IMG/VR virus record: IMGVR_UViG_3300033418_000004
Location: 1-48,029 of that record
Length of the DNA stretch: 48,029 nt
DNA from: a virus
Taxonomy: Duplodnaviria; Caudoviricetes
Direction: 5' to 3' (one strand)
A model generated the notes under the pieces. The model saw only the letters and a program-made list of their open reading frames with translations. It was not told the origin of the DNA and made no database searches. The position numbers and the translations under genes are program-made. Numbering within the stretch: position 1 is the stretch's first letter; each line of letters starts with the position of its first letter. Below, piece by piece: positions 28,201-34,711 of the stretch.

Positions 28201-28947
28201 AAGATGATGGCAGAAAAGATGGGGCTTACAGAGCAACAAGCGTTAGTACATATCTGGGATACGATTATTACTAATAACTTCATGGGTGGAGTATTAAATC
28301 CCTCGTGGATGAAGAATCCCACTGTGCGTGCAGCAGTTCTCTTCCAGAATACTCCATTCAAGATCATGGAGCGCAGAGTTGCAATGGCTATGGAAATGGG
28401 GAGAGGACTGCAGACCAGCCGAGGACTTATCAAAGGGCAGAAACTCGCAGATATTGCCAAGGATCTGGTTGGGATTAGGAGTCTGCTATCTACTGCCGAC
28501 AAAGAGTTCAAGGGGAGCGCAATTAGAGACGCTCTTATGGCTCCGCAGAACTTGGTTGGTCAGTCAGTAGCAAAGACCTTCATGAGAGAAGCGTTATTGG
28601 TTGGAAGTGTACTGTATGGTGGGCAGCAGTTAGGAGTTAATCTCCAGCCGCATACGTTCCATATTCCTTTCCTGCAGGTTGGTAAGGAAGACCCTGTACT
28701 TGCTGCAAGTCCGATAGTTCAAGCTACATACAAGACCATTGAAGGCGCCCCTCCGCCACTCAGAGCCGGCGAGGAGAAAGAAGACCTCGGGACAGTATCA
28801 ACGTTCTTCCGTCACTGGTTTGGAAAGGGAGGTCCGATTCCTTTAGCTGTGCAAAAAGCTATGAAGATCTCTGAGGACGATATCCCTGAAACGTACAAGG
28901 GCGGAAGTCTTAAGTACCTGTTTGCAGTTCCTGGAGTTAAAGAATGA
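22243..28947 (+). CDS. Giant internal virion/ejection polyvalent protein (~2,234 aa) with zincin metallopeptidase and ADP-ribosyltransferase-like domains
   Basis: ATG 22243 after AAGGAG; HEASH..EMFAE zincin motif; VHGT..YGPGVYMT..PKNVFD..GYDTI..VFIAL pattern of ART-PolyVal; several hydrophobic Gly/Ala helices. Confidence 0.8.
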   Translation: MFNLDDVLSGSGGSFVTRHSPEETQLLTLEKQKADVANDPGKIDALVSNVAARLSPVTAKPKYNKFATKTEAHEANIPEDHPFKGQVENIRNQFEQSLADPRNVGKSAKRILSETASNVLATPDVEGKTALEKAQMYKAAKDSELTNYFGLFGENKKYAALPGQADFEAALKEKKVESEGTSTGEAMAWGAGIKSLGLGYKVAKALRAGTAVGAAVGGPAGAAAGLAGAAIMAIPEFFVFDKAKELVDNSMYGKTHEGTWGKLGIELALGVGAIGGGHKIVNSVGGKLVKEALSKGLIEETALPTLKKVPFLGGGVEAFEKNLAKTQAKAAEAAAKAAEADAAGRQTLLDALEGDNYTRRVATAMDYARPVIPTGLAPISVTPEGVALTKETDILRYGVLQDAVKSPGAPIGLHEAAIADLEKIYGSKPFMGLSELSEPQFEKVMDRVGKGVPQTVAMNMEAADIAALTSRMEAGAKEELKPALDIAKTIARASGTADDFVKELTAAEVFGGTGTLDANELKRVLNANGVKGPKDLFNKAKRLVAEEAAAEQEKAVAAAAVTPSKNDFAKKLGMGLVAGGAGLGAFAINPATGEVDTAEAITPAQFYRQAAKAMELRTKSTALAELRSGIQAAPNTMFDKVVAVKPFREFVAKVWKDLGGTPETKELASNMYGRTSAVHVPEESWVATGEGKIYLKPGTAIVEGSSGRSTPGKVALHEASHNVTRINTDYLNQIRSSLPVEEVQALESATGAAMPNGREMFAEAMARKLSGDSLYERFPDRMKAVVKLQLDRLADPTLKITNGLVAKTIAKKEFSNTPEVMDAAVKKMDEIAAPKKQLFSPLSKYTPEEANRIVAAARERIPSNSRWVHIPDISEPISGTELRQSLLKSLGNESGVMTWEQEKAVMEAAGFKTDRVVGVHGTAGSHDIPTVAGSSTSNLYGPGVYMTQGNLTKTGHVIEDKQGLIEALKKVRAESSNDGMSVTARTSSQARWLRNKLESGEMAMQDSQYLDDFLEEDHALYNIVRPFVKDTHTENITGGYAGELRDKYGRIQFHPKISEALADENRNLYKSLIGKKALEDIIDPVSGDVLMGSYIDDYGIATSRALTKGTELTKYDVQSIINSGLERFDRFVENTVIPKRISELEDLGYRQSSDKLLPGDIKKLQALGADSGPNVRPLIMEPKNVFDIDKTVVPATGANLGKIGGDSPFAGFDLKINHLGQPYVEMFGRQTALKPEMLPAEMRQKYEAARMLDDPAMAAIRDLRAKQMAELWEKDHQPDTHGFSWGTKQYPDKESLIRHDWNLFVSDNLRTNRDVYSYLASELGGKDKANKFLAEHGYDTITHTGGVSRNENHRVFIALKDDVVKPYFTAVSEDASNWAIRLAQVAAVAVPVGAALAAAGFIAPSNADAGTIDTLTKKAFTAKPIADAIAKKEISWVQALKNGWIGMPLPEGAKEVAVPMKMIPTTAPQVPLPTDRSMTARQLGTALKETVLKRKEGLPLGVERFTTLAFQSKLFINQLLSPEGGVVGAIAAELGQGQQAVYHNTGLFMGAMGNIIKDHPEAARTIKEAQKAVRAFAERVQPQMEEQGMLASVLDSREKLLTNSVSKLNKLLESTPTKKRGEQWFADTQTKLSEAQAELESVGAAKQKLGFDEKAFNAAYDREVMPLAQQFPTVRWSLALDDTASFEKRPWLKDLITQDDQIAIAHARGMYDQYAARATEAGLKPMSGPYNKYSRLGGAPDVEAFSKKLGAMGVSITPEEVHRGLNMTKFHHRGAYAQNYIPEYATNFSQYVPDTEKRIMGASFWGKGKENSWWAFKNNPMIKGYEDVQGFFDRISEAFAGYPQTNWNKAAQLYSTAETFRLLGGLPSAPFKHLFKQLGVLSQYGTDAFKQLPKATGIAVKNAAAQLLEEVPGLRNLGLKVGRSSEDLVLANFTQMHNFISVFDDLGIDYATRSKFMDNLNKVTQASTSMITGIEMVDRSNSFLAAKMMAEKMGLTEQQALVHIWDTIITNNFMGGVLNPSWMKNPTVRAAVLFQNTPFKIMERRVAMAMEMGRGLQTSRGLIKGQKLADIAKDLVGIRSLLSTADKEFKGSAIRDALMAPQNLVGQSVAKTFMREALLVGSVLYGGQQLGVNLQPHTFHIPFLQVGKEDPVLAASPIVQATYKTIEGAPPPLRAGEEKEDLGTVSTFFRHWFGKGGPIPLAVQKAMKISEDDIPETYKGGSLKYLFAVPGVKE
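23921..23950 (+). repeat. Dispersed 30-bp palindromic element, copy 5 (intragenic, one core mismatch)
   Basis: CAGTAACC-CCGTCAA-AAA-ATGACTT-CGCTA inside the giant CDS; both flanks match the consensus. Confidence 0.8.
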
Positions 28948-29022
28948 GCGTATGGACGTACATACCATTCTGGCAGAAGTTTCTAGGATGGATACGCCAT
29001 TGGCAAGTTGAAGCTAACTCAA

Positions 29023-29052
29023 CTACTGGCGCGTCAAAAATTGACCTCGCTG
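29023..29052 (+). repeat. Dispersed 30-bp palindromic element, copy 6
   Basis: CTACTGGC-GCGTCAA-AAA-TTGACCT-CGCTG; same left-flank variant as copy 3. Confidence 0.9.
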
Positions 29053-29070
29053 GAGAAAGGAGAAATACAG

Positions 29071-29154
29071 ATGCCAAAGGGAAGCCAGGTAGCAATGCCA
29101 AAGCAGATGCCGAAAGGAATGAAAGGTCCTAAACCAAAGGGAGGGAAGTGTTAG
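29071..29154 (+). CDS. 27-aa basic peptide with MPK repeats (not in the ORF track)
   Basis: AAGGAG RBS; MPKGSQVAMPKQMPKGMKGPKPKGGKC. Confidence 0.55.
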   Translation: MPKGSQVAMPKQMPKGMKGPKPKGGKC

Positions 29155-29342
29155 TGAACTACGATCGGATCGCAACAGTAGTTGGAACTGTGGCTGGTGG
29201 CTTAATTGGAGCACCGGCAGCAGTCAACGTCGCACATGGAAGCATGACTACGGCTGATTACTTTCAGCTCGGGTCAGCAGTAGCGGTGGCCATTCTTGGC
29301 TTCTTTACCAACCGCCAGAAGAAGGTGGTGACTACACCCTAG
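29148..29342 (+). CDS. Probable holin (two TM segments, basic tail)
   Basis: Two hydrophobic helices then RQKK; at the end of the late arm. Confidence 0.6.
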   Translation: MLVNYDRIATVVGTVAGGLIGAPAAVNVAHGSMTTADYFQLGSAVAVAILGFFTNRQKKVVTTP

Positions 29343-29355
29343 AAGGGAGGAAGGA

Positions 29356-29643
29356 GTGAAACTGAACCAGCAGTATCTCGATGTACTGGCGGAACTTTTG
29401 AAGCAAAGGAAAGCAATCAAACAACTAACAAGGAGAATGAACGCTATGGATGCACAGGTACAGAAGGTTATTGATGATGCAGTTGCGGCCCATGATGCAG
29501 TCAATGCAAAACTTCAAACACTGAAAGATCAGATCGTGGTGCTGCAAGAGCAGATCGCTGGTGGGATTCAGATTACTGCGGCCGACTTGCAGCAACTGGA
29601 TGATATCATCGGAGACACGGCAGCAGATGCTGTTAATGCGTAG
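29356..29643 (+). CDS. Small coiled-coil protein (95 aa)
   Basis: GGAGG RBS; a second in-frame AAGGAG-ATG lies at about 29437. Confidence 0.65.
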   Translation: MKLNQQYLDVLAELLKQRKAIKQLTRRMNAMDAQVQKVIDDAVAAHDAVNAKLQTLKDQIVVLQEQIAGGIQITAADLQQLDDIIGDTAADAVNA

Positions 29644-29665
29644 GAAGTAAGAAGTACGGTGAAGC

Positions 29666-29699
29666 AAAAAGGGAGGGGCTGTAAGGCCTCTCCCCTTTT
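29666..29699. terminator. Bidirectional intrinsic terminator between the convergent arms
   Basis: AAAAA-GGGAGGGGC-tgtaag-GCCTCTCCC-CTTTT. Confidence 0.85.
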
Positions 29700-29700
29700 C

Positions 29701-29973
29701 TTATTCCGCATAGGTTACTTTACTCTTTAGATTGTAGTCAAGTTCTAGGATAAGTTGCAAGCAATGAATAGCTTTCTTTATATCAGCAGCTTTCCCTTTG
29801 GCCTTATGCCTGAAGATATACTTGACGGCAGCTGCATCGAAGTACGGTAACTGGTTAACGTGACAAAATACTCCAGGTTGAATGGGGCAGTCTTTGTAGT
29901 GGATGCCACCACTTTGGATATCTAATGCAGATTCCATTTCGCGTTCAGAGGGCAAGGGACCTCCTAAGCTCAT
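29701..29973 (-). CDS. DUF3310-family protein (T7 gp1.7 nucleotide kinase-like); start probably at MESALD
   Basis: Q.GG.HYK..PIQP....AVKYIFRHKAKG..ADIKKAIH. Confidence 0.8.
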   Translation of the reverse strand: MSLGGPLPSEREMESALDIQSGGIHYKDCPIQPGVFCHVNQLPYFDAAAVKYIFRHKAKGKAADIKKAIHCLQLILELDYNLKSKVTYAE

Positions 29974-30235
29974 TCAACGATCTGGAAATCGTCTCCAGTC
30001 GCAGTCTGTTGCTTCTGAGTTGATCGAAGTACGGAGGAATTGCTGGCAGTGCTTGCTGTAATCCCGGGGTCTTCTCCATTTTGTCAACAGGAGTATACCG
30101 ATACCCGTCTGTCTTTTCGAATAGGAACCTTACCTCTGTCTCAAGTTCGTTAACAACCGCACCAAGTTCGTTCAGTTCGATCTGAGCCATTGATGTTTCT
30201 GGTGATGCTACCATACACTCTTGTCCGTATGCCAT
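29945..30235 (-). CDS. Hypothetical helical protein (96 aa)
   Basis: ORF in operon order. Confidence 0.6.
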   Translation of the reverse strand: MAYGQECMVASPETSMAQIELNELGAVVNELETEVRFLFEKTDGYRYTPVDKMEKTPGLQQALPAIPPYFDQLRSNRLRLETISRSLNELRRSLAL

Positions 30236-30236
30236 C

Positions 30237-31445
30237 TTAGTTCCCCTTCCATACGTAGAATACGCCCGGATTACCGGCTGCGTCTCGAAACTCTCGCTTG
30301 GCTAAGCCTGTCTTACTGATTGTATCAATGACATTAGTAAACTTGTGCGAGTCCAAGTCCCTCCATGTCATCTGCATGAGTTGCTTTTCGCTGATCGTAC
30401 CGTATCGCTTGATAATGTCGATCACCATAGCAACCTCCGTAGCAATTTCGCTCTTTCCAATCGCTGTGAAGGTCTGTCCCATTGTTCTTTCAGCATCTTC
30501 GACCGCCTTAAGTGCCTTCTCAAAGTAACTCCAATGAAGAATGCGATCACTTGTTTCCGATGCGCTGAGTACCATGGCAAGCTTCTGAATAAACATGGGC
30601 TTTCTCGAGTACCAACCATTAAACGCTGAATCCTTACATATACGTAGTGGGGAAGTCTCGTCATAATCTGTATACCAAGCCTTCCAAGCTTCGATTGCTT
30701 CAGCTGAGAAAACGTAGTTGCCAGAGATTCTGGCGATGATTGAGAGGTCATGGATGAGGTACTCCCTTAGTTGTCTAATCTGTGGAGTGATCTCAGGGAT
30801 CGGTACTTTCTTTGTCTTCTGCGCAGACCACACAAAGATTATGCGGGATGTAAGTCCACCCCCGATAGCGCTTGTCGGAAGAGAAGAGGCAAGGCTCTCC
30901 GGGGTAGTAGCACCGAGTATGTTCAAGTAGACAGACGGTATCGTATTGCTCCCTGAGTTCTTCGTCCTGTATTTCCATGGTATCTCCTGGGCATCGAAGA
31001 GATCAGTGAGAAGGACAAGCATCTTAGTGTTCTCGCCCTTCTGCCCTAAGAACGATTCGAATTCCTTTGAGATGATGTTAAGTGATGCGTGTCTGAAGAT
31101 CGTTTGGTCGGGCATCGGCTCGTCTACGGCTGCGCCTTCTAAGTCTTGAAGCATAGCTTCTTTTGTTATCGAGTCCGCAGAGACGATAATTGCTGGAATT
31201 TCGTTCAGAATATCTACCCCGAAAGATATGGCTTGCGACTTTCGAGCGATACCCGGTTCCGCTACTAAGACGATATACAAGTTCGGAAATATCTTTATCC
31301 GGCCAAGAGATAGCCAAACTTTCTTTCTCAACGCTGCGGAGACCATAGAGTAAGATACCCACCGATGAAACAGTGGAGCGGATTCTGTATTCTCCGTGAA
31401 CTCTGCATAAGCGTCTAACCAGTTTGATAACTTCCTGTTTGACAT
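30237..31445 (-). CDS. DUF3987-like P-loop ATPase, putative replicative helicase
   Basis: PNLYIVLVAEPGIARKS Walker A-like, ISKEFESF Walker B-like, LNILGATTP, GGLTSRIIFV arginine finger, C-terminal winged helix. Confidence 0.8.
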   Translation of the reverse strand: MSNRKLSNWLDAYAEFTENTESAPLFHRWVSYSMVSAALRKKVWLSLGRIKIFPNLYIVLVAEPGIARKSQAISFGVDILNEIPAIIVSADSITKEAMLQDLEGAAVDEPMPDQTIFRHASLNIISKEFESFLGQKGENTKMLVLLTDLFDAQEIPWKYRTKNSGSNTIPSVYLNILGATTPESLASSLPTSAIGGGLTSRIIFVWSAQKTKKVPIPEITPQIRQLREYLIHDLSIIARISGNYVFSAEAIEAWKAWYTDYDETSPLRICKDSAFNGWYSRKPMFIQKLAMVLSASETSDRILHWSYFEKALKAVEDAERTMGQTFTAIGKSEIATEVAMVIDIIKRYGTISEKQLMQMTWRDLDSHKFTNVIDTISKTGLAKREFRDAAGNPGVFYVWKGN

Positions 31446-31702
31446 TAACGCCTCCTACTCCGCGCGACTTCGAGTATGTCTTCATTTGTAACTCTCCCAC
31501 AAGTTGTAAGGGCGTCTATGACCAAGCCGTAAAGTGTCTCTGGATCGCTGTTCTGAGAAACAAACAAGTATCTGTCATTTCCCACTCTAACGTCACGGTC
31601 TTTGGTAGCGTATCCAGTCCCTAAACACCTAAGCTGAAAGAGGAACTTGTGATGTTCAGTATCAGCACAAACGTGCGAACAGCAGATCTTAACAGATAGC
31701 AT
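31445..31702 (-). CDS. Hypothetical protein (85 aa)
   Basis: Translationally coupled on both sides. Confidence 0.65.
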   Translation of the reverse strand: MLSVKICCSHVCADTEHHKFLFQLRCLGTGYATKDRDVRVGNDRYLFVSQNSDPETLYGLVIDALTTCGRVTNEDILEVARSRRR

Positions 31703-34098
31703 TACTCCTCCTCGAGTTCCCAGTCCTCTTCGATTTCTGCGTCATACAAATCTCCCCAGGAGTCACCGACCTTAAAGTCTACGTCAATCATGAACTCCTC
31801 TCCGTTGAACTCGAGTGGAATCAGCATTGATTCCTTCATTGCGGCCATGCAGTACTGGACTTTTTCTTCTGGGACGAGGCAGTAGATAGCGTCGTGCAGT
31901 TGGAGTTGAATATCTATTTCTTCTCCGAAGTTGTCGTATAAGCGTACGAGGGCTTTGTTGAGTAGATCTCCAACAGTTGACTGCGGGATATAAGCGTACG
32001 CACTACGAAAAAGACTATCTCCCCACCGATCAAGAAACCTGTGCTTGCGACCAAGAAGATTTGTAAGAGTACGAGTGGCTTGGAGTTCACGTTGAATACG
32101 ACTATGCCAAATACTGAGCATAGGGCAAGCAAGATGGAAAGCATCGAGAAGAGTCTTAGCCGCCTTTGTGCTAATTCCAAGTTTAGGAGCAAGTACTCCA
32201 GGACCAGCCGAGTAGTTCGTAGCGTGTCGAGTAAGCTTTCCGACCTTTCTTTGGTCTTTAGTGACATTTTCAACCCCGCAGCGGAAGATCATATCCGCAG
32301 TTATTTTGTGGATATCCCAGCCGTTGGCTTCGCATTCCTCAGAGCTCTTTCCAAAGCTCTCCTGAAAGAGGCGTTTGAGCTTGTTGTCCCCAATAAGATA
32401 TGCGACCACAACCGCTTCTGCTTGTTTATAATCGGCTTGGACGTACTTAAAACCTGGCGGCGCGATATACATCTTGCGCGCTGCACTAGGTATGTTTTGT
32501 AGGTTACCGCTACCAAACGGTAATATAATGCTCGCGCTCGAAGACCAACGAGCGAATGATTTATGTTGATCTTCATCGTCGACCACCAATCCTTTCCCCT
32601 CTTTAGTAGAGGTTGCGCCGGTGATATTATAGCAGGTATGGACACGAGACTCCGGCGATAAGTCTATGTCCACGAAGGTTCGGAGCTTATCCAGTTTCTT
32701 TCTCTCGATGATGAGTTCGAAGAGCGGATTGTTGGTGTGCTGTTGGAGCTTCCTGAGAGCCTCTTCATTCGTCGTCGCTCTTCGCGGTTCCGAGGCATTC
32801 TTTCTCCGCTTGTATTGGACAGGCAGACCCATGTCGATGTAGAGGAGTTGCTGTAGTTGCTTAGGACTACCGAGGTTGACCTTTCTTCCAATGGCCTTAA
32901 ACAGGACTTCGTCAAGAGCGATACCTCTTTCGTGGATAGCTTTGAGTAGCTCGGCTTGTTTAACTCGATCGACGTAGATGCCCTGGAGTTGAAGCATGAT
33001 AGACACAGGCATCTGAGACATCTCGAAATCATGGATTGGTCTGACGCCATAAGAGTCCATCAGTACAGACAGGACATTCCAGATACCAAGAGTATTTGCT
33101 GCATCAGCAGCGTTGTAAAGTGTCGGAGATTCTCGGCTGGTATGTTTCCATGCAGGTACGTCTAGGACTACAGACGCAAGGTAGCCGAGAGACCTTGGGC
33201 ATTCTGGCCACAGTGAATGGGCAGCGATCAAGGTATCGGATAGATAATGCTTGAAATAAATGCCGTTATTGTGCAGGGCTACAGCGGTATCATAGTTCCC
33301 ATTCTGCATGACGACAGGACACTTGTTAGCAAGGTTCGATATAGCCTGCCATACGCGTAGTTCAGTCTGTTCATCGTACTTAGGATTAATGCCGTTCATA
33401 ATGTCTAGAGACATAGCATAATCACTACGATGGGACACGCCCAGAATATTAATGTGGGCGCCAGGAGATTTTGTCTCTACGTCAAAGCCAATAACCTCGC
33501 CCTTGTCTGCGACCTCGTCACAATAATCTATGAACTCTTGCGCGGTAGGATTATCGACCAGTGTTCGCTCTGTGTACCAGAAGGAGGGACGCTTGGCGTG
33601 ACGTATAGCTTTACGGAAATCCATGACGGCTGTAAATGAAAGCTTGTAATCGTAATTGAGGATGGCAGGGTGGTAAGTTGTGATAACCTTGACTCCTGGA
33701 GCAAGCAAACAGTCATTGACGAAACCTCTGTTCTCTTTGATTCCATGCAGACCAGTAAGAACTTTCATTGCCATCTGGCCTAGGGCTATGATTACTGTAG
33801 GACGATAGACTTCTATATCGTGCTTGAGCATAGCAATATAGGATTCGAAGATTGGTTTGGGCTGACTCATCTTCTTGCCGTCTAGAAAGAAGAAAGAGAG
33901 ATCGCCACCTGGTGGTTTGTCTCGACAGACATTGGTTAGGAGTACCTCGTGTCGGGAGATTCCAGCTTCTTGGAGAAGCCTATCCAGGATGGAACCAGAA
34001 GGGCCAGTGAATGGACGGCCGGCACGGACTTCTGCGTCACCCGGAGCTTCGCCAACGAGCATAATCTCAGCAGAGGCGGGTCCTTCAGTGGGTATCAT
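31702..34098 (-). CDS. polA: Family A DNA polymerase with N-terminal family-4 uracil-DNA glycosylase-like domain and 3'-5' exonuclease
   Basis: UDG motifs VGEAPG..GRPFTGPSG and YHPA; Exo FDVET, NGNYD, YNAAD; motif A ADYKQAE, motif B RKVGKLTRHATNY, motif C LHDA. Confidence 0.95.
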   Translation of the reverse strand: MIPTEGPASAEIMLVGEAPGDAEVRAGRPFTGPSGSILDRLLQEAGISRHEVLLTNVCRDKPPGGDLSFFFLDGKKMSQPKPIFESYIAMLKHDIEVYRPTVIIALGQMAMKVLTGLHGIKENRGFVNDCLLAPGVKVITTYHPAILNYDYKLSFTAVMDFRKAIRHAKRPSFWYTERTLVDNPTAQEFIDYCDEVADKGEVIGFDVETKSPGAHINILGVSHRSDYAMSLDIMNGINPKYDEQTELRVWQAISNLANKCPVVMQNGNYDTAVALHNNGIYFKHYLSDTLIAAHSLWPECPRSLGYLASVVLDVPAWKHTSRESPTLYNAADAANTLGIWNVLSVLMDSYGVRPIHDFEMSQMPVSIMLQLQGIYVDRVKQAELLKAIHERGIALDEVLFKAIGRKVNLGSPKQLQQLLYIDMGLPVQYKRRKNASEPRRATTNEEALRKLQQHTNNPLFELIIERKKLDKLRTFVDIDLSPESRVHTCYNITGATSTKEGKGLVVDDEDQHKSFARWSSSASIILPFGSGNLQNIPSAARKMYIAPPGFKYVQADYKQAEAVVVAYLIGDNKLKRLFQESFGKSSEECEANGWDIHKITADMIFRCGVENVTKDQRKVGKLTRHATNYSAGPGVLAPKLGISTKAAKTLLDAFHLACPMLSIWHSRIQRELQATRTLTNLLGRKHRFLDRWGDSLFRSAYAYIPQSTVGDLLNKALVRLYDNFGEEIDIQLQLHDAIYCLVPEEKVQYCMAAMKESMLIPLEFNGEEFMIDVDFKVGDSWGDLYDAEIEEDWELEEE

Positions 34099-34266
34099 CG
34101 TATTCCTCCAGTATTTTACGCGCTATCTGCTGTAACTCCGTGGCCATCAAAGGACAGTTATCATCGTCAGTTCCTTTGGCGATCTTTTGGAGTGCCTTTT
34201 TGTACCATAGTACTTTGATTGTTAGGAACACCATTGTTTTTCCTGCGTTCCTTTCGTTAGGTACCA

Positions 34267-34446
34267 TCACTTTAGTTCCTCCACAAGCTCAAGGGCATCA
34301 GAGCGCATACTTCTAATAACCTTGGTATAAGTAGGATTCTCAGCAAGCGGTTGATTGGTGCGGGTAGCTTGATACTCGAGCTCTTTGAGCATCTTAGCAT
34401 CTCCGTCGATACGACAAGCAAGATAGTTCACTATTCTCAGATCCAT
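34267..34446 (-). CDS. Hypothetical protein (59 aa; not in the ORF track)
   Basis: GGAGG RBS; MDLRIVNYLACRIDGD...ELVEELK. Confidence 0.6.
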   Translation of the reverse strand: MDLRIVNYLACRIDGDAKMLKELEYQATRTNQPLAENPTYTKVIRSMRSDALELVEELK

Positions 34447-34456
34447 TTTATCCTCC

Positions 34457-34486
34457 CAGTAACCGTGTCAATTTTTGACGTTGCTG
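34457..34486 (+). repeat. Dispersed 30-bp palindromic element, copy 7
   Basis: CAGTAACC-GTGTCAA-TTT-TTGACGT-TGCTG, overlapping a stop codon. Confidence 0.9.
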
Positions 34487-34710
34487 TGTTTAGGAACGTG
34501 GCAGAAACAACAGGCTTTATCTTCTGGTAGAATACCACATAGTAGTATTTCCAGCATGGCTATTCTCTTGGCGAGCCTTTCGCAGCAGTCTGGCCCATGT
34601 GAAGATACCATTGGCATAGTATACTTAGCTTTGTGTGATTGAAGTGTTGCCATAGTATAAGCTAGCACGCAGGTAATAGAAAGAATGATTACTATAGCTT
34701 TTGTACTCAC
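34468..34710 (-). CDS. Small membrane/exported protein with a CxxCH motif (80 aa)
   Basis: AAGGAGG RBS; N-terminal hydrophobic AIVIILSITCVLAY; C-terminal CCFCHVPKH. Confidence 0.65.
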   Translation of the reverse strand: MSTKAIVIILSITCVLAYTMATLQSHKAKYTMPMVSSHGPDCCERLAKRIAMLEILLCGILPEDKACCFCHVPKHSNVKN

Positions 34711-34711
34711 G

